The notes under the pieces were generated by a model. That model searched no databases and had not been told where the DNA came from. It was given only the letters and a program-made list of their open reading frames with translations. A DNA stretch of 64,000 nt from Sminthopsis crassicaudata (lineage: Eukaryota), in NCBI RefSeq assembly GCF_048593235.1, contig NC_133617.1, forward strand, positions 516,688,958 to 516,752,957, in the 5' to 3' direction. Shown here in pieces: positions 27,112 through 41,099 of this stretch. The first letter of the stretch is position 1; every line of letters begins with the position of its first letter. The translations under genes and the position numbers were made by a program.

Positions 27112-28130
27112 TGTGTTTGGGGTTTAGCACCAAATATTGGAGTTTATGAAGAATTCACAATGGCCATTCTCTTTTGTATACTAAAGCTTTTTATGTTCAA
27201 AACATATGCACAGATAATTTTCAACATTCACCCTTGCAAAACTCTGTGTTCCATATTTTTCTCTGCCTTTCCCTCACCTACTCCCCTAGGTGGCAAGTAA
27301 TCCAATAGTTCCACAATTATGCTTACACAAGAAAAAAATCAGATCAAAAAGAAAAAAATGAGAAAGAAAACAAAATGCAAGCAAACAACAATAAAAAATG
27401 AAAATACTATATTGTGATCCACTCTCAGGCTCCACAGTCCTCTCTCTGGGTGTAGATGGCTCTCTTTATTACAAGATCATTGGAACTGGAATGGCCATTC
27501 TCTTTGACAAAAGGTAGGTTTATTTAGGATTAAAGATTACAAACAAAATGAAGAGATACAGTAGACACCAGGAATGGTAAATATGAAACAGAATATAAAT
27601 TGGCAAGGAAAGGGATTTTTAATAATCTCATTGGAAAAGAAAATTCCCTAGTAAAACTCACAATTAACTAGGAGAAAGAAAACACTCCATCACGTGGGAG
27701 TATGCCACTGATTGGCAGGCTAAATCCTAAAAGGGATTTAGCATCCTAAAAAAAATTAGCTATAAGGAGAAAGACACCATGAGGCATGATGAGGGAATGA
27801 GAAGACAGACACCACATGGCACAGGGGTAGGGGGAAGGCAAAACATAGTGGCAGACTGACTCAAAAGAGGGTTCAGTAAACATGACATGAGCCATGGACA
27901 GATTTATAGAGGAAATTTAACTTTAGGCATTTGGGAAACTTGGATTTCTGACTGGACATAGCAAGGTGGGGCTACCCACAACCTCCACAGAAGGTTGAAC
28001 TGATTTCCATCAGTGCCTTTCCCTGCTTGCCTCAAGGAGTAATTTTATGAACACTTCAAGCTCTCTCTGTCAACCCCATCTAGTTACTCAGGACCTCATC
28101 ATTGATATAGAAGTTGCAATTATTCCCATT
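27112..28130 (-). mobile_element. Solo LTR (family 1) interrupted by an L1 fragment
   Basis: Reverse-complement match to 1628-2375. Confidence 0.75.
27175..27489 (-). mobile_element. 5'-truncated L1 3'UTR with 16-bp TSD
   Basis: AATGGCCATTCTCTTT at 27159-27174 and 27490-27505; reads AAAGAG... in L1 orientation, fitting the L1 endonuclease site. Confidence 0.9.
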
Positions 28131-28189
28131 CTGGCTTTTGTATTTCATTCATCATTTATAATGGGAAGTCCAGTGGCCAAATATCTCAT

Positions 28190-29170
28190 GAAATTATTCT
28201 TTTCATCTTCTCCATGATTTTCCCTTCACCCAATATGCTCTAGTTTGTCATTGTTCTTTCTTAAATGTGGTAACTAAAATCAAACAGAATACTCCAGTTG
28301 TTGATCCAGGATGGTATTCAGGTGAATTATAACTTCCTTTGATCTGGACATTATGCTTTTCTTAATGTAGCTTAGAATTTCAGTAGCCTTTTGTATTTCA
28401 ATAAAGCTCATGATCTTGTTCACATTAATCTTTTGTTGCATAGCTAAGACTCCACATCCTGTTTTTGGCTAATGGGTTTAGCCCATCATTCTAGTCTTGA
28501 AATGATTTTGGATTCTGATTCTGTCATCCATCATGTCAGCTATTTTCCACAACTTTATGTAATCTGTAGACTTGTTAAGTACTCCATTTATGGCTTTTCC
28601 CAAGTCACTGACCAAAAGATAAAACAAAATGGGGCCAAGGATAAACTCTGTGGCACTCCACTTTTTCCAGTTTGTCATAAAATCACTCATCCCCACTTTT
28701 TTTGGCCATTCAATCAAATCCATATGATTATACCATCGTTGCATGTTCCACAGTTCTCTATCTTATTCATAAGGATGTCATGAAAGACTTCGTCACATTC
28801 CTTGCTAAAATCCAGACATACCAGACTCGTGACATTCTCCCAATTGTAATCCTGTCAAAAAAGAAATCAGTTTAGTCTGCTATGACTTGTTCTTGATGAA
28901 CTCATGCTGGCTTATAGTAGTCACCACTTCTTCTTAGTACTTATAAACCATCCTTTTAATAATGTCAAGATTTGAATTTTGACAGAAATCCAAGTCAAGC
29001 TCAACTGCTCATAGTTTAAAGAATCAAACCCAATTTACTTTTTGAAAATCAGGAAAACACTTGTCCAATTCTAGCCAGAATCATTTCTCCCATAATGTCC
29101 AATTTGTTATCAGTGATATTTCAGTCATCACTTCCACAAATTCTTTCTGTGCGCTAGTAATTTTAAATCA
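28190..29170 (-). mobile_element. CR1/L3 LINE RT fragment
   Basis: ILGPILFYLLVSDLGKAINGVLNKSTDYIKL...DDRIRIQN and LEYSV...KLEH resemble CR1 ORF2. Confidence 0.88.
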
Positions 29171-30028
29171 TTACAACAGCTATGTGCTATCTCAACATCT
29201 CCTAAATTTTCATAATTTTAATTTTCTGATATTGGTACTGGCATCACTTTATACTTGTGACTACTTTTTGCTCATTTTTCAATGTGAACATTTTACACCT
29301 TGGAAATCAGCAAATGTTATAAATTAGTGTATGATGTATCATTTTATTGATTGTCTAGATTTGAGAAGGTAATAAAACAAGTAATTATGTAGATTTAACT
29401 TAAAAGTTTTCATGTGTATATGTTTTAAGAGAACTGGTTGTTGAATTTTGACTAAGACACCTTGGATTGTAATCCATCCCAGAACTCTTCTTTACAGTTT
29501 TATATAACCAAAATTAAAAATATAGGTACCACAATATTTAGAATCTATCTATATATTAAAATAAATAAGATAGATGTCCATTGGACCTGACTACAAGATT
29601 GCTTTACCCACCCTTCTTTCTCTCCTCAATTTTTTCTATCACTCAATCAGTTAAAAGCATTTATTAAGTGTCTACTATATGCCAGTTACTTTACTCTATT
29701 TTGGGAAATCAATAAAGACAAAAGGTATCCCCTGTTTTCAAGGAGATCAGAGTTTAAGGGGGGAGATCAGTTTTCTGTTCAGGAAACATATCCAACAATA
29801 GTTCTTAAAACTTCCACTTACCTCTTGATCATACTTTGCTAATATCAAAGATAGCATCACTACTTTTGTATTTGTGGGGATTTACTGCTTCCATGTTTTC
29901 ATCTAATGGTTCAAGTTTGCAATGTTGGTTAATTCCTTTCATTTCTTTCCCCATCCTCTCTTTTCTTTAAATATCATTCTCCCTCCTTATGCAGCATATT
30001 TGTGATGCATTAAGGTAAGGACACTTAC

Positions 30029-30130
30029 TGTATATTCAGTTTTATGGAACTTCTGGATCCAATCAGTGTTACCGAAGATTGTATCACAATCTCTGGTAGC
30101 TTTTTACAAGTTTCCTTATGCTTATTATGC
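30029..30130 (-). CDS. Candidate exon (HNKHKETCKKLPEIVIQSSVTLIGSRSSIKLNI, phase 2 to 2)
   Basis: AG acceptor, open frame and a perfect donor GTAAGT. Confidence 0.4.
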
Positions 30131-30711
30131 CTTTTTAAAAAACTGCCTTTGGCAGAAAAAGTTTGAAAAGATTGCCTCAGCTGAAATTAAAATAGCTACT
30201 ATTTATTGGCTAAATAAATAATGTATAGAGCATTTTTAGGGACTCCAATGGCAGCTTATTTTTAGTGTGTCTTAATTATTGTTTGCAGTTTGGACATACA
30301 GAGTTAATTTTGTCAATATTCTCAATCCCTTTTCCTCACCATTTATATAATTTCAAAATTTTAATAATCTGCTCCCATAATCTGTTTTTAAAATTCTTTA
30401 TTCTGGCTAAATATACTCAGAGTCTTTATTTTTGTTGGACACAGATGAGGCAGTAGATAATGATAAGAAAAGCTAACATTTTTGGAAAAGGCTCATGGCA
30501 GAAAAAGATGAACCATTGTATTTCATAAATAGTTACACAGCAATTTACATTATATCACATCAGAAGCTAAATGTCTTGTGGCATGCCCAACATCTTAAAC
30601 TTTAAAGGAACAAATTTCTTTTTTTCAAAAATAGTCATTCATCTTGAAAACTGAATACTAATCTTAGAATGTCTGGGAATAGGGAACAACCACCTAACAG
30701 TTCACTGTCAC

Positions 30712-30799
30712 CTGCTTAAGTTACATGTTGGCTGTTTGGTACTGATCCAACAATAACCAAGTTCCAAAGACTCTCTGATTACAATATTCAGGAGTTGGT
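30712..30799 (-). CDS. Candidate exon (QLLNIVIRESLELGYCWISTKQPTCNLS, phase 1 to 2)
   Basis: First AG after a long pyrimidine tract; donor CAG|GTGACA; phase-compatible with its neighbours. Confidence 0.35.
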
Positions 30800-31254
30800 C
30801 TGGGGTTAGGCAATGATAATGATATCATGATCATTTGAGATAATGGGGGAGGGGACAGAGTAGAAGTAAGAGGTAGGAGGAGAGGCAAGAATAGTCTGAA
30901 TCATCTGTATACATTTATCATTTTTAAACACAATTTGGATGAATAATTTAACTTTTTCTCCTTTACCAAAATGTTTATACTAAAATACTGAAAGTAATAA
31001 AACAGAATAATCTTAGTTTAACTGCCTTAAATTTCTACTGCCAATCCATGGGATGAGGAACCAAAGATAAACAAAGAGGGGGAAAAAAAGGAGACAAATG
31101 GGAAAATGAATGACTCCCATTGAGTATGTATCAGTATGTGTCCTCTAGTTTTCTTTATTTAGGACTACTTTCTTTTTATTTTACCTGGTGGTGGTTGTCT
31201 GACCTCTCAACTCTTTAACAAATAACTATTGATTCTTTAGTTAATATTAGTACA

Positions 31255-33365
31255 GTACATATTCAATATTGTATTAAAAATGTTAGCTTTGGCAATAAGA
31301 GAAGAAAAATAGATTAAAGGAATTAAAATAGGAACCAAATTATCACTTTTTGCAAATGATCTGATGGTATACATAGAGAATCTAGAAAATCAACTAAAAA
31401 CTATTAGAAATAATTTAAAACTTTAGCAAAGTTTCAGGATACAAAATAAATCCACATAAATAATCATATTTTTAAATATTACCAATAAAGTCCAAAAGTA
31501 AGAGATACAAAGAGAAATCCCATTTAAATCAACTGTCAATAGTATAAAATATTTGGGAATCTATCTGCCAAAGGAAAGTCAGGACCTATAATGAACACAA
31601 CTACAAAATACTTTTCATACAGATGAAGTCATATCTAAACAATTGGAAAATATCAATTGAATATGTCAAGCTAATATAATAAAGATGACAATACTACCTA
31701 AACTAATCTGTTTATTTAGTGCTACACCAATCAAACTCCCAAGAAATTATTTTACAGAGCTTGAAAAAATAACAACAAAATTCTTCTGGAAGAACAAAAG
31801 GTCAAGAATTTCAAGGGAATTAATGAAAAAAATGCAAATAAAGTGGCCTAGCTATACCAGATCTAAAAATAAGTAAAACTATTTATTTATTATAAAGCAG
31901 CAGTCATTAAAACCATTTGGTACTGGCTAAGAAATAGAGTAGTTGATCAATGGAATAGCTTAGGTTCACAGGACAAAATAGTTAATAACTATAGTAATTT
32001 AGTGTTTGACAAACCCAAAGACCCCAGCTTTTGGGATAAGAATTCACTATTTGACAAAAACTGCTGAAAAAATTAGAAACTAGTATGGTAGAAACTAGGC
32101 ATTGACCCACACCTAACACTACATACCAAGATAAGGTCAAAATGAGTTCATGATCTAGACATAAAGAATGATATTATAAATAAATTAGAAGAACATAGGA
32201 TAATTTACCTCTCAGATCTGTGGAGGAGGAAGAAATTTGTGACCAAAGAAGAAATGGAGATCATTATTGATCACAAAATAGATAATTTTTATTATATTGA
32301 GTTAAAAAGTTTTTGTACAAACAAAACTAATGCAAACAAGATTAGAAGGAAAGCAATAAACTGGGAAAACATTTTTAAATTCAAAGGTTCTGATAAAGAC
32401 TTCATTTATAAAATATATAGAGCACTGACTCAAATTTATAAGAATTCAAGCCATTCTCCAACTGATAAATGGTCAAAGGAAATGAACAGACAATTTTAAG
32501 ATGAAGAAATTGAAACTATTTCTAGTCATATCAAAAGGTACTCCAAATCACTATTGCTCAGAGAAATGCAAATTAAGACAACTCTGATATACCACTACAT
32601 ACACACCTCTTAGATTGACTAAGATGACAGAAAAAGATAATGACAAATGTTGGAGGGGATGTGGGAAAACTGGAACTGTGAATGGATCCAACTATTCTGG
32701 AGAACAATTTGGAACTGTGTCCAACGGGCTATCAAACTGTGCATACCTTTTGTTCCAGCAGTGTTTCTACTGGGCTTATATCCCAAAGAGATCTTAAAGG
32801 AGGGGAAGGGACCCACATGTATAAAAATGTTTATGGCAGCCCTTTTTTGTAGTGGCAAGAAACTGGAACCTGAGTGGCTGCCCATCTGTTGGGGAATGTC
32901 TGAATAAATTGTGGTATATAAATGTAATGAAATATTATCATTCTGTAAGAAATGACCAGCAGGATGATTTCAGAAAGGCCTGGAGAGACTTACATGAACT
33001 TTTGCTAACTGAAATGAGCAGAACCAGATCATTATGCACAGCAACAACAAGATTATATGATGATTAATTCTAGTGGACGTGGCTTTCTTCAACAATGAGA
33101 TGATTGAAGCCTGTTCTAATTGTTTAGTGATGAAGAGAGCCATCTACACTCAGAGAGAAGACTATGGGAACTGAGTTTGGATCACAATATAGCATTTTCA
33201 TTTTTTTGTTGTTGTTGTTTGCTTGCATTTTATTTTGCTTCCCATCTTTTTTTTTTCTTCTTCTTCTGGTTTGATTTGATTTTTCTTGTGCAGCAAGATA
33301 ATTGTATAAATATGTATGCATATTTTGGATTTAACATATATTTAACATTAAAAATTTTTAAAAAA
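31255..33365 (+). mobile_element. L1 ORF2 3' half and 3'UTR, decayed
   Basis: ORF fragments [27 protein letters not shown] and KSFCTNKTNANKIRRKAINWENIF; multiple stops and frameshifts. Confidence 0.95.
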
Positions 33366-34557
33366 AATATATTAGTATAGGTACAGTAGAAGCTTATGTC
33401 ATAGAGGACCTGGATTCAAATTCAGATTTGCCACACTCTGGGCTATAGTTTTCTTATCTATAAAATGAAGTTGTCATATTAAATGACCTCTATATGTTCT
33501 TTCAGTTTTGTCTCTTCAATGCTATGTCTGTTTTCCAGTTGAAGGAGAATGGTCCAGTGTTTAAAGGACTAAGTGAAGGAGTGAGGATTCTATTTCTGGT
33601 TCTGACATTGACTTAGGTTGTAGAAACCCAGTATCTCTGTCTCTTGTGCTTATAAAGTTAGCTTATTTTTATAAAAATTTTAATTTTTCTAGCTCCAAGA
33701 AAACACAAATTGAAAACTACATTGGATTCTTCTCCAGCATATTTTCTTTTAAACAATGCAGCCAAAAATAAAACAAAACAAAAAGCCACAGTAAGCTCCT
33801 CCCATGAATTATAAAAGAACATGAGATTTCTGATCTATTTTGGAACGATTAAGAAGTTTAGATGTTTAAGACTAAAATAGTTCATATTTTATTACTTATT
33901 CAAATTAATGATATCTGTTAGCATTTATATATCACTTTTAGGTTTGCAAAGCGTTGTACAAATATCTGATTTTATCCTTATAACAACCCTGGTGGTAGGT
34001 GCTATTTTAATTCTCAAGTATTGAAGAAAAAACTAAGGCAGATAGAAATGAAGTGACTTGTCCAGAGTCAAACTGCTGATAAATGTCTGAAATCATATCT
34101 GAATTCAGATCTTTCAGACTTGAATTCTAGCACTCCATCCACTAAGATATCTACCTGCCTATTGCATTTTCACCTAACATGGAGTAGGGAGAGAGGTACA
34201 GTAAACATAAAGAAATATAGCCCTGGAATCTAGACCCAAACTCTGATTAAATTAAGGGATCACTGAATAAATCACCTCTTACTACAGATAGTACTAAAAG
34301 TTTCAATCACATATAATAATATTTTACCAGCTAAGACTATGTGCTTAAAATGTTATGGGTCACTGATGATTCAACATATCTTTGGTTGAACACCTATAAT
34401 TTCTGTTATGATAGTTGATATGGTAAATTATCTGCCTGAATATAAAAGAAACCTGTACTGTTCATGTACTGTTGGCCAAGAAAAATTGTGAAAGATTTTT
34501 CTTGTCTTTATGACAACATTTTTTGTCATGTTTATAGTAAAAAAAAAAAAAGTAAAA

Positions 34558-34600
34558 ATGATGATGATAATGATGATAATGATGAGGATGCTAATGATAG
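34558..34600. repeat. Imperfect (GAT)n repeat
   Basis: atgatgataatgatgataatgatgaggatgctaatgat. Confidence 0.8.
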
Positions 34601-35558
34601 TTCAGCCAATCAATTAAATGAGACATATTATGGGAAACTATTTGGAATATATAGATAACAGGTAGTTTTCTCTATTTATTTTTTTAAAAAGTAAATTCCA
34701 AGCTTTATGTGATACAGAGACAATCAAAGATTCTGAACTCACAAAGATGAGATCTGACTCTGAGGCCTGACCCCCAGAAATTAATTTTCTTTCTTTGGCT
34801 TGTTGTCTTTACATGGAACTAATCCTGAATTACTACCATCAAAGAGAAAATAAATATGGTTTGTATCTGGGTTTATAAGATCTCAGATTTCTACACAGAC
34901 TTTTACCTAAAGTGCAATATGGCTATTGGCATGGGACAATCTTTATTATATCCCATAGAAAACAAATTATGTGGAGAACTTAGGGGAGCCCTTGAATAGG
35001 GAGAGAATTTATGTACTCAAATAGTCCATCAGCTCCCCAGAAAGGAAAACATTTGAGGTTACTATGACAGCAACTTTTGTTATTTTGAGAAATCCTTTCT
35101 TCCAGTAAAATCCAACAATATCTCCCCAACAGTCAGTTTCATTCTGTTGTATATTTCCCCTAGAATGTACTTTGAGGACTACAAAACTACCTCCTTCTGT
35201 AAATTCTGATTATATGTAGCTTTGGTATTGCTCTCTAATTATTAACTAATTAACTGTGTAAGAACTATTTGAACAATAAATTTCATGATGTATCAGGAAA
35301 TTCCTCTTTAGAAAGTCTAGTGTCTGAATTTTTAAACTCAGGAACTTCAAATTTAGGATTATTCACAAGACAACTCCCAAGTTTATACTATTCAGGAATA
35401 TAAAGCTAGATTCCAGAATAATTCTGCCTGGGGAATTAACAATCCTTCCTCCTCTACTCAAGTTCACCTTTTCCCACTTCAGTCTTTATCTTTAGTGAAA
35501 ATGCTAAATGTTCAATAAAACTGTCCTTGAACTCCCTTTTCAGAACATGTATAAGCAC

Positions 35559-35651
35559 CTGTCCAACTCTGCCATAAGCTTCTGCTATATGTTATACTGC
35601 TTCTTAGGTGAGAGGGAGGAGGAAGAATTATTCTCCCCTGATCCTTGTTCA
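35559..35651 (-). CDS. Candidate exon (NKDQGRIILPPPSHLRSSITYSRSLWQSWT, phase 1 to 1)
   Basis: Acceptor gtgcctttttttctaaAG; donor CAG|GTGCTT; open frame. Confidence 0.33.
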
Positions 35652-36019
35652 CTTTAGAAAAAAAGGCACAAATATACTGAAATATACAAATACAGGATTG
35701 GCATATATATGCTTTCATTGTTTAGAGAAACAAGAAGTAATATTTACAGCATAATTATTCATTTAGAGAGAATTTGCTGATAAATATTGGAGAATAGGTT
35801 AGAGAATGGTATTAGAGAGTGCTATTATTTCTCTGACCCTTCCTTAGAACTAGCCACCAGAACCTACAAAAACAGTTTTGGAAGCCATGTCATTGCTGAT
35901 TCATAGTGAGTTTTCAGTATGCTAAAAGCTCCAGATTCTTTTCAGAAAAATAAAAACAAAGACAACTGCTTTCTATGTCTCCCCCCCCCATCTTGTATTT
36001 GTTGAACTGATTGTTTGTA

Positions 36020-36873
36020 TTGCCATACCTTATTTTATTGCACTTAGTTTTATTACTGCACTTTGTAGATTTTGATTTTTAAAAAATTTTTATATTTTTT
36101 TTGGTTGTGTTTTCTTTTTGGTTGTTTTTACAAAATGAATGTTTGTGGCAACCCTGTTTCAAGCAAATCTACTGGAACCATTTTCCCCTCAACTCTNNNN
36201 NNNNNNNNNNNNNNNNNNNNNNNNNNNNNNNNNNNNNNNNNNNNNNNNNNNNNNNNNNNNNNNNNNNNNNNNNNNNNNNNNNNNNNNNNNNNNNNNNNNN
36301 NNNNNNNNNNNNNNNNNNNNNNNNNNNNNNNNNNNNNNNNNNNNNNNNNNNNNNNNNNNNNNNNNNNNNNNNNNNNNNNNNNNNNNNNNNNNNNNNNNNN
36401 NNNNNNNNNNNNNNNNNNNNNNNNNNNNNNNNNNNNNNNNNNNNNNNNNNNNNNNNNNNNTTTAAGTAAAAGGGAGAATAAATTGCTATTAAATTATTTG
36501 TTGTCTTATTTTTAAAATTTGCAAAATAAGAAAAAGAAAAAAAGAAGAAATTGCCACAACCACTCCAACCTTCAGCTATTGCCACCCTGATCAGCAGTCA
36601 TCAAACACTGAAGTAGGACTCTCGGCTAGAAAAAAGAGCATGATTCACTGAAGGCTCAGATGATGGTTAGCATTTTTTAGCAATAGAGTATATTTTGATT
36701 ATGCACATTTTTTAGATATGATACTCTTACACACTTAATAAACTACAGTATAATGTAAACATAAATTTGATATGCATTGAGAAGCCAAAAAAATTATGTG
36801 ACTCACTTCAATGCAACATTCACTTTATTGCAATGGTCCAGAACCTAACTCCCATATCTCCATAGTATGCCTG
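36020..36873 (+). mobile_element. Tigger1-like TcMar DNA transposon, internally deleted, spanning an N gap
   Basis: 5' catacct-tattttattgcact...gtttgtggcaaccctg; 3' gaaattgccacaaccactccaaccttcag...gaaggctcagatgatggttagc...gtatgcctg followed by TA. Confidence 0.9.
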
Positions 36874-37064
36874 TACACAAACAAAAATTTTTATTATTTA
36901 TCTTGTTGTATTTCATCTTATTAGATTCAACCCAAGGCTATAGCCCAGGAGCTGTCCACTTGCTTTTGAAGATCCTACAAGTGAAGAAGGATTTTCATAT
37001 TCCTTAAAGCTTTTTTATATTTAAAAATATTTTTAAAAACCCTTCTTAGTTTGTGGGCTGTACA

Positions 37065-37800
37065 TAGAGGTAGTACATGGATTTGGCCTTCATGCTATCA
37101 TAATTTGCCAAAGCCTTTTTATCAATATCCTTTTGGAACTCAAATATGTTATCCAGTAGTCTGGCTGCTGCTTCCAGATTTATGTCATCTGTGAATATGA
37201 CAAGTATACCATCTATGATTTTATCCAAATCATTAACAAAAAATATTAAACAGGACAAAGCCAAGTAAAAATCCCTTGGTACTCCATTGGAAACCTCCTG
37301 CCACTCTGACGCCAAAGCATCATACATATCCCAGCTTAGCAAAATGTCTGGCATAGAGCAGATGCTTAATCATTGTATCACCTGATTGACTATTCTTAGA
37401 GTGCAGTAATTCAACTGGTTTTGAAGCCATCTGATTATCTGTTTATATTAGTATCTAATCCATATCTCTCCATCTTTACTACAGGAATAGTGATATTTCA
37501 TTAAAAGTTATATTCAAATCTAGGTGTATTATATCCACACTATCCCTTTATTCTATTTTTAGCAACACTGTGCAAAAAAAGAAAATGAAAACATTCTTTC
37601 AGGACTTATTCTTAATGAATTCATGTCAGTTCTTTGTAATCTCCACTCCCCTTCCTAGGTGCCAAGCATCTCTTTAACAATCCTGGTTAAAATTTTCTCA
37701 GGAATAGAAGCTAAACTCAGTGTCCAATAGTTGGTAGGCTCTTTTCCTTCCCTTTTGAAATATTTTTAACATTGCCTTTAACAATCTTATGTTTTTCTTC
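37065..37800 (-). mobile_element. CR1/L3 LINE RT fragment, with an L2 tail inserted at ~37325-37392
   Basis: EWQEVSNGVP...IFFVNDLDKIIDGILVIFTDDINL. Confidence 0.85.
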
Positions 37801-37895
37801 TTTTCCATGATCTTTCAAATATTATGCACAGCCACTTAGCAATCAGATCTGAGCTCTTTTAGTACCAAATGCAAATGATCTCTTAATTATGTGTG

Positions 37896-37950
<55 letters not shown>

Positions 37951-38949
37951 TGTGTGTGTATACGTATGGCATATGGCAGCCAGATGAAGTACTGGCCCTG
38001 GATTCAGGAAATCTTGATTTCAAATTCACCTTCAGATATTTACCACCTGTGTGACTCTGAGCAAGTCACTTAATCCTGTTTGTCTCATTTTCTCATCCTC
38101 TTAAAATGAGCTAGAGAAAGAAATGCAAACTATGCCAGTATGTCTGTGTGTATATATACATAATAAATATGTATACACACATATATTTTACACATACACA
38201 TACATACACACACAAGTATGAGGCAGTGTGAAAGTGATCATAAAAGTTTCTATTTTGTTAGAAATAAAACTATTACTTTGAAGGAAAGAAAAAATCTCTG
38301 ATTTAAAAGGATAATAAGGTGCTGGGAACTGGTATAGGGAAGGTAGAGGCTAGTGAGGATTTATAGCATCCAAGAAATAAGAAAAAAAGCAGGTCTCTTT
38401 GGAAGGGACTGCCTAAGCCCTACTGCAGCTGGGTATTTCTGGGATGGGTATTTGTTTAGCTTTCAGTGATTGAATGTACAAGGAGTTTGTGGGACATGAG
38501 GAAGCAAAAGAGTATTTTCATAGATTTGGAGCAGGAAGAAATCCAAGAGGTCATTAAGCAGAACTTCCTTCATTTTATAGATGAGGAATCTGTGTCCCAA
38601 TGAAGTTAATTGGCTTCACAGGACCATCCAGTATCAGAGGATTTGAATACAGGTCTTCCTGATAGAAATAACATTCTTATCTACTATAACAATTTAAAGA
38701 AGCAAATAAATAGTACATTTATCCCTACCATATTGTGAATATTAGAGGCATGGTGTCCCCATGATCTGGAAAATCCATTTAAAATTTTTTGGTCCTCTCT
38801 TTCTACCAAGAAAGAAGTCTCATTTTTTTCTTCTTTTTCTTTTATGAGTATTCTATTGTATTGTAAAAAAGGTAAAAAAATTATTGTACACACCTTATTG
38901 TAAAATTTGGGTTAAGTATTAAGTTATAGACTCAATGTAACAATAATAA

Positions 38950-40590
38950 TAAAATTATTATATTTTTGGAAGAACAAAATGTCAAGAATTTCAAAGGAAT
39001 TAATGAAAAAAAGTAAATGAAGGTGGCCTAAGCTGTATCAGATCTAAAATTATATTATAAAGCAGTAGTTATCAAAACCATTTGGTACTGGCTAAGAAAT
39101 AGAGTACTCAATCAGTGGAATAGGCTATGTTCACAGGTCAAAATAGTCAATGACTATAGTAATCTAGTGTTTGATAAACCCAAAGTCTCAAGCTTTTAGG
39201 ATAAGAAGTCACTATTTGACAAAAACTGTTGGGAAAATTGGAAATTAGTGTGGCTAAAACTCGGCATTGACCCACATCTGACACCCTATACCAAGATAAG
39301 GTCAAAATTGGTTCAAGATTTATACATAAAGAGTGATATTAAAAGCAAATTAGAAAAACAAAGGATAGTTTGCCTCTCAGATCTGTGGAGAAGAAAAAAT
39401 TTGTGACCAAAAAAGAACTGGAGTACATTATTTAATACAAAATGGATAATTTTTATTATATTAAGTTAAAAAGTTTTTGTACAATCAAACAAAACTAATG
39501 CAAACAAGACTGGAAGGGAAGCAATAAACTGGGGAAATTTTTTACATTCTAGGTTTCTGATCAAGGCCTCATTTCTAAAATATATGTAGAATTGACTCAA
39601 GTTTATAAGAATTCAAGCCAATGTCCAATTGATAAGTGGTCAAAGGATATGAACAAACAATTTTCAGATGAAAAAAATTGAAACTATTTATAGTCATATA
39701 AAAAGGTACTTTAAATCACTATTGATCAGAGAAATGCAAATTAAGACAATTCTGAGATACCACTACACATTTCTCAGATTGGCTAGGATGACAGGAAAAG
39801 ATAATGATAAATGTTGGAGGGGATGCGGGAATACTGAGACACCAATACATTGTTGATGAAGTTGTGAACTTATACAACCATTTTAGAGAACCATCTGGAA
39901 CTCTACCCAAAGGGCTATCACATGTGCATACCCTTTGATCCAGCAATGTTTCTATTGGATTTGTATACCAATGAGAATATAAAGGAGGAAAAGGGACTCA
40001 CGTGTGTAAAAATGTTTGTGGTAACCCTTTTTGTAGTGACAAGAAACTTGAAACTGAGTGAATGCCCATCAGAATATGTCTAAATACATTATGGTATATT
40101 ATTGTTCTATTAGAAAGGATCAGCAGGATGATATCAGAGAAGCCTGCAGAGACTTACATAAACTGATACTGAGGGAAGTGAGCAGAACCAGAAGGTCATT
40201 GTACATGGCAATAGCAAGATTATCCAATGATCAATTCTGACAGACATGACTCTTTTCAACAATGAGATGATTCAAGCCAATTCCAATGGTCTTGTGATGG
40301 AGGGGGCCAAACCAAAGAGAGGACTATGGGAACTAAGTGTGGATCACAGCATAGTATTTTCACTCTTTCTGTTGTTGTTTGCTTGCATTTTGTTTTTCTC
40401 ATTTTTTTTCTTTTTGATCTGATTTTTCTTGTGTAGCATGAAAATTGTAGAAGAATCGCACATATTTAACATATATTGGATTACTTGCTGTCTAGGGGAG
40501 GAGGGAAGGTGAAGGAAGAGGAAAAATTTGGAAATCTTAAAAGTTATCCATGCATATGTTTTGAAAATAAAAAACTTTAATAAAAAAAGA
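38950..40590 (+). mobile_element. L1 ORF2 C-terminus and 3'UTR, decayed
   Basis: KSLLIREMQIKTILRYHYT...KCWRGCG; G-rich 3'UTR and A-tail. Confidence 0.95.
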
Positions 40591-41099
40591 ATAGATGTAT
40601 GAGAGAGATTGTAGAACTTAAATAAAATTGGTCAGGTAAAATGAGAGCGAAAGGCAATACTGGAAAAAAAAATTTAGATTTGAGTGGGTCATTTTATATA
40701 ATCTTTGTCCAAGAACTCAAAAGAATGAAGATGTTACATGCTGTGTTTATTAGTAGCTAATATGGAAGAGGGTATCAGAATAAATGGTTCCCCATTAAAA
40801 AAATTTTGTTCTGATGTGTGGAAAGGTAGTTGGGAATAAGTAGACAATCTTTCTGATACAATTCAGGGATCATATAAACACACAGTAATTTATACCTTTC
40901 CTATCCTCAAGATGTCTCTCTCTCTCTTTTTTTTTTTTTTTTTTTTTTTTACAATGTGGCCCTACTGCTTCCTTTTTTTCCCCAGAAGAATATATATCTT
41001 TGATTTATGTTTTTCACCAATTCAACTTTTAGGATGTATTTCTAAAAATGATAAAAACTTCAAGTCAGGGGATAGTTAAGTTTTACAGTCTAAGGCTTA

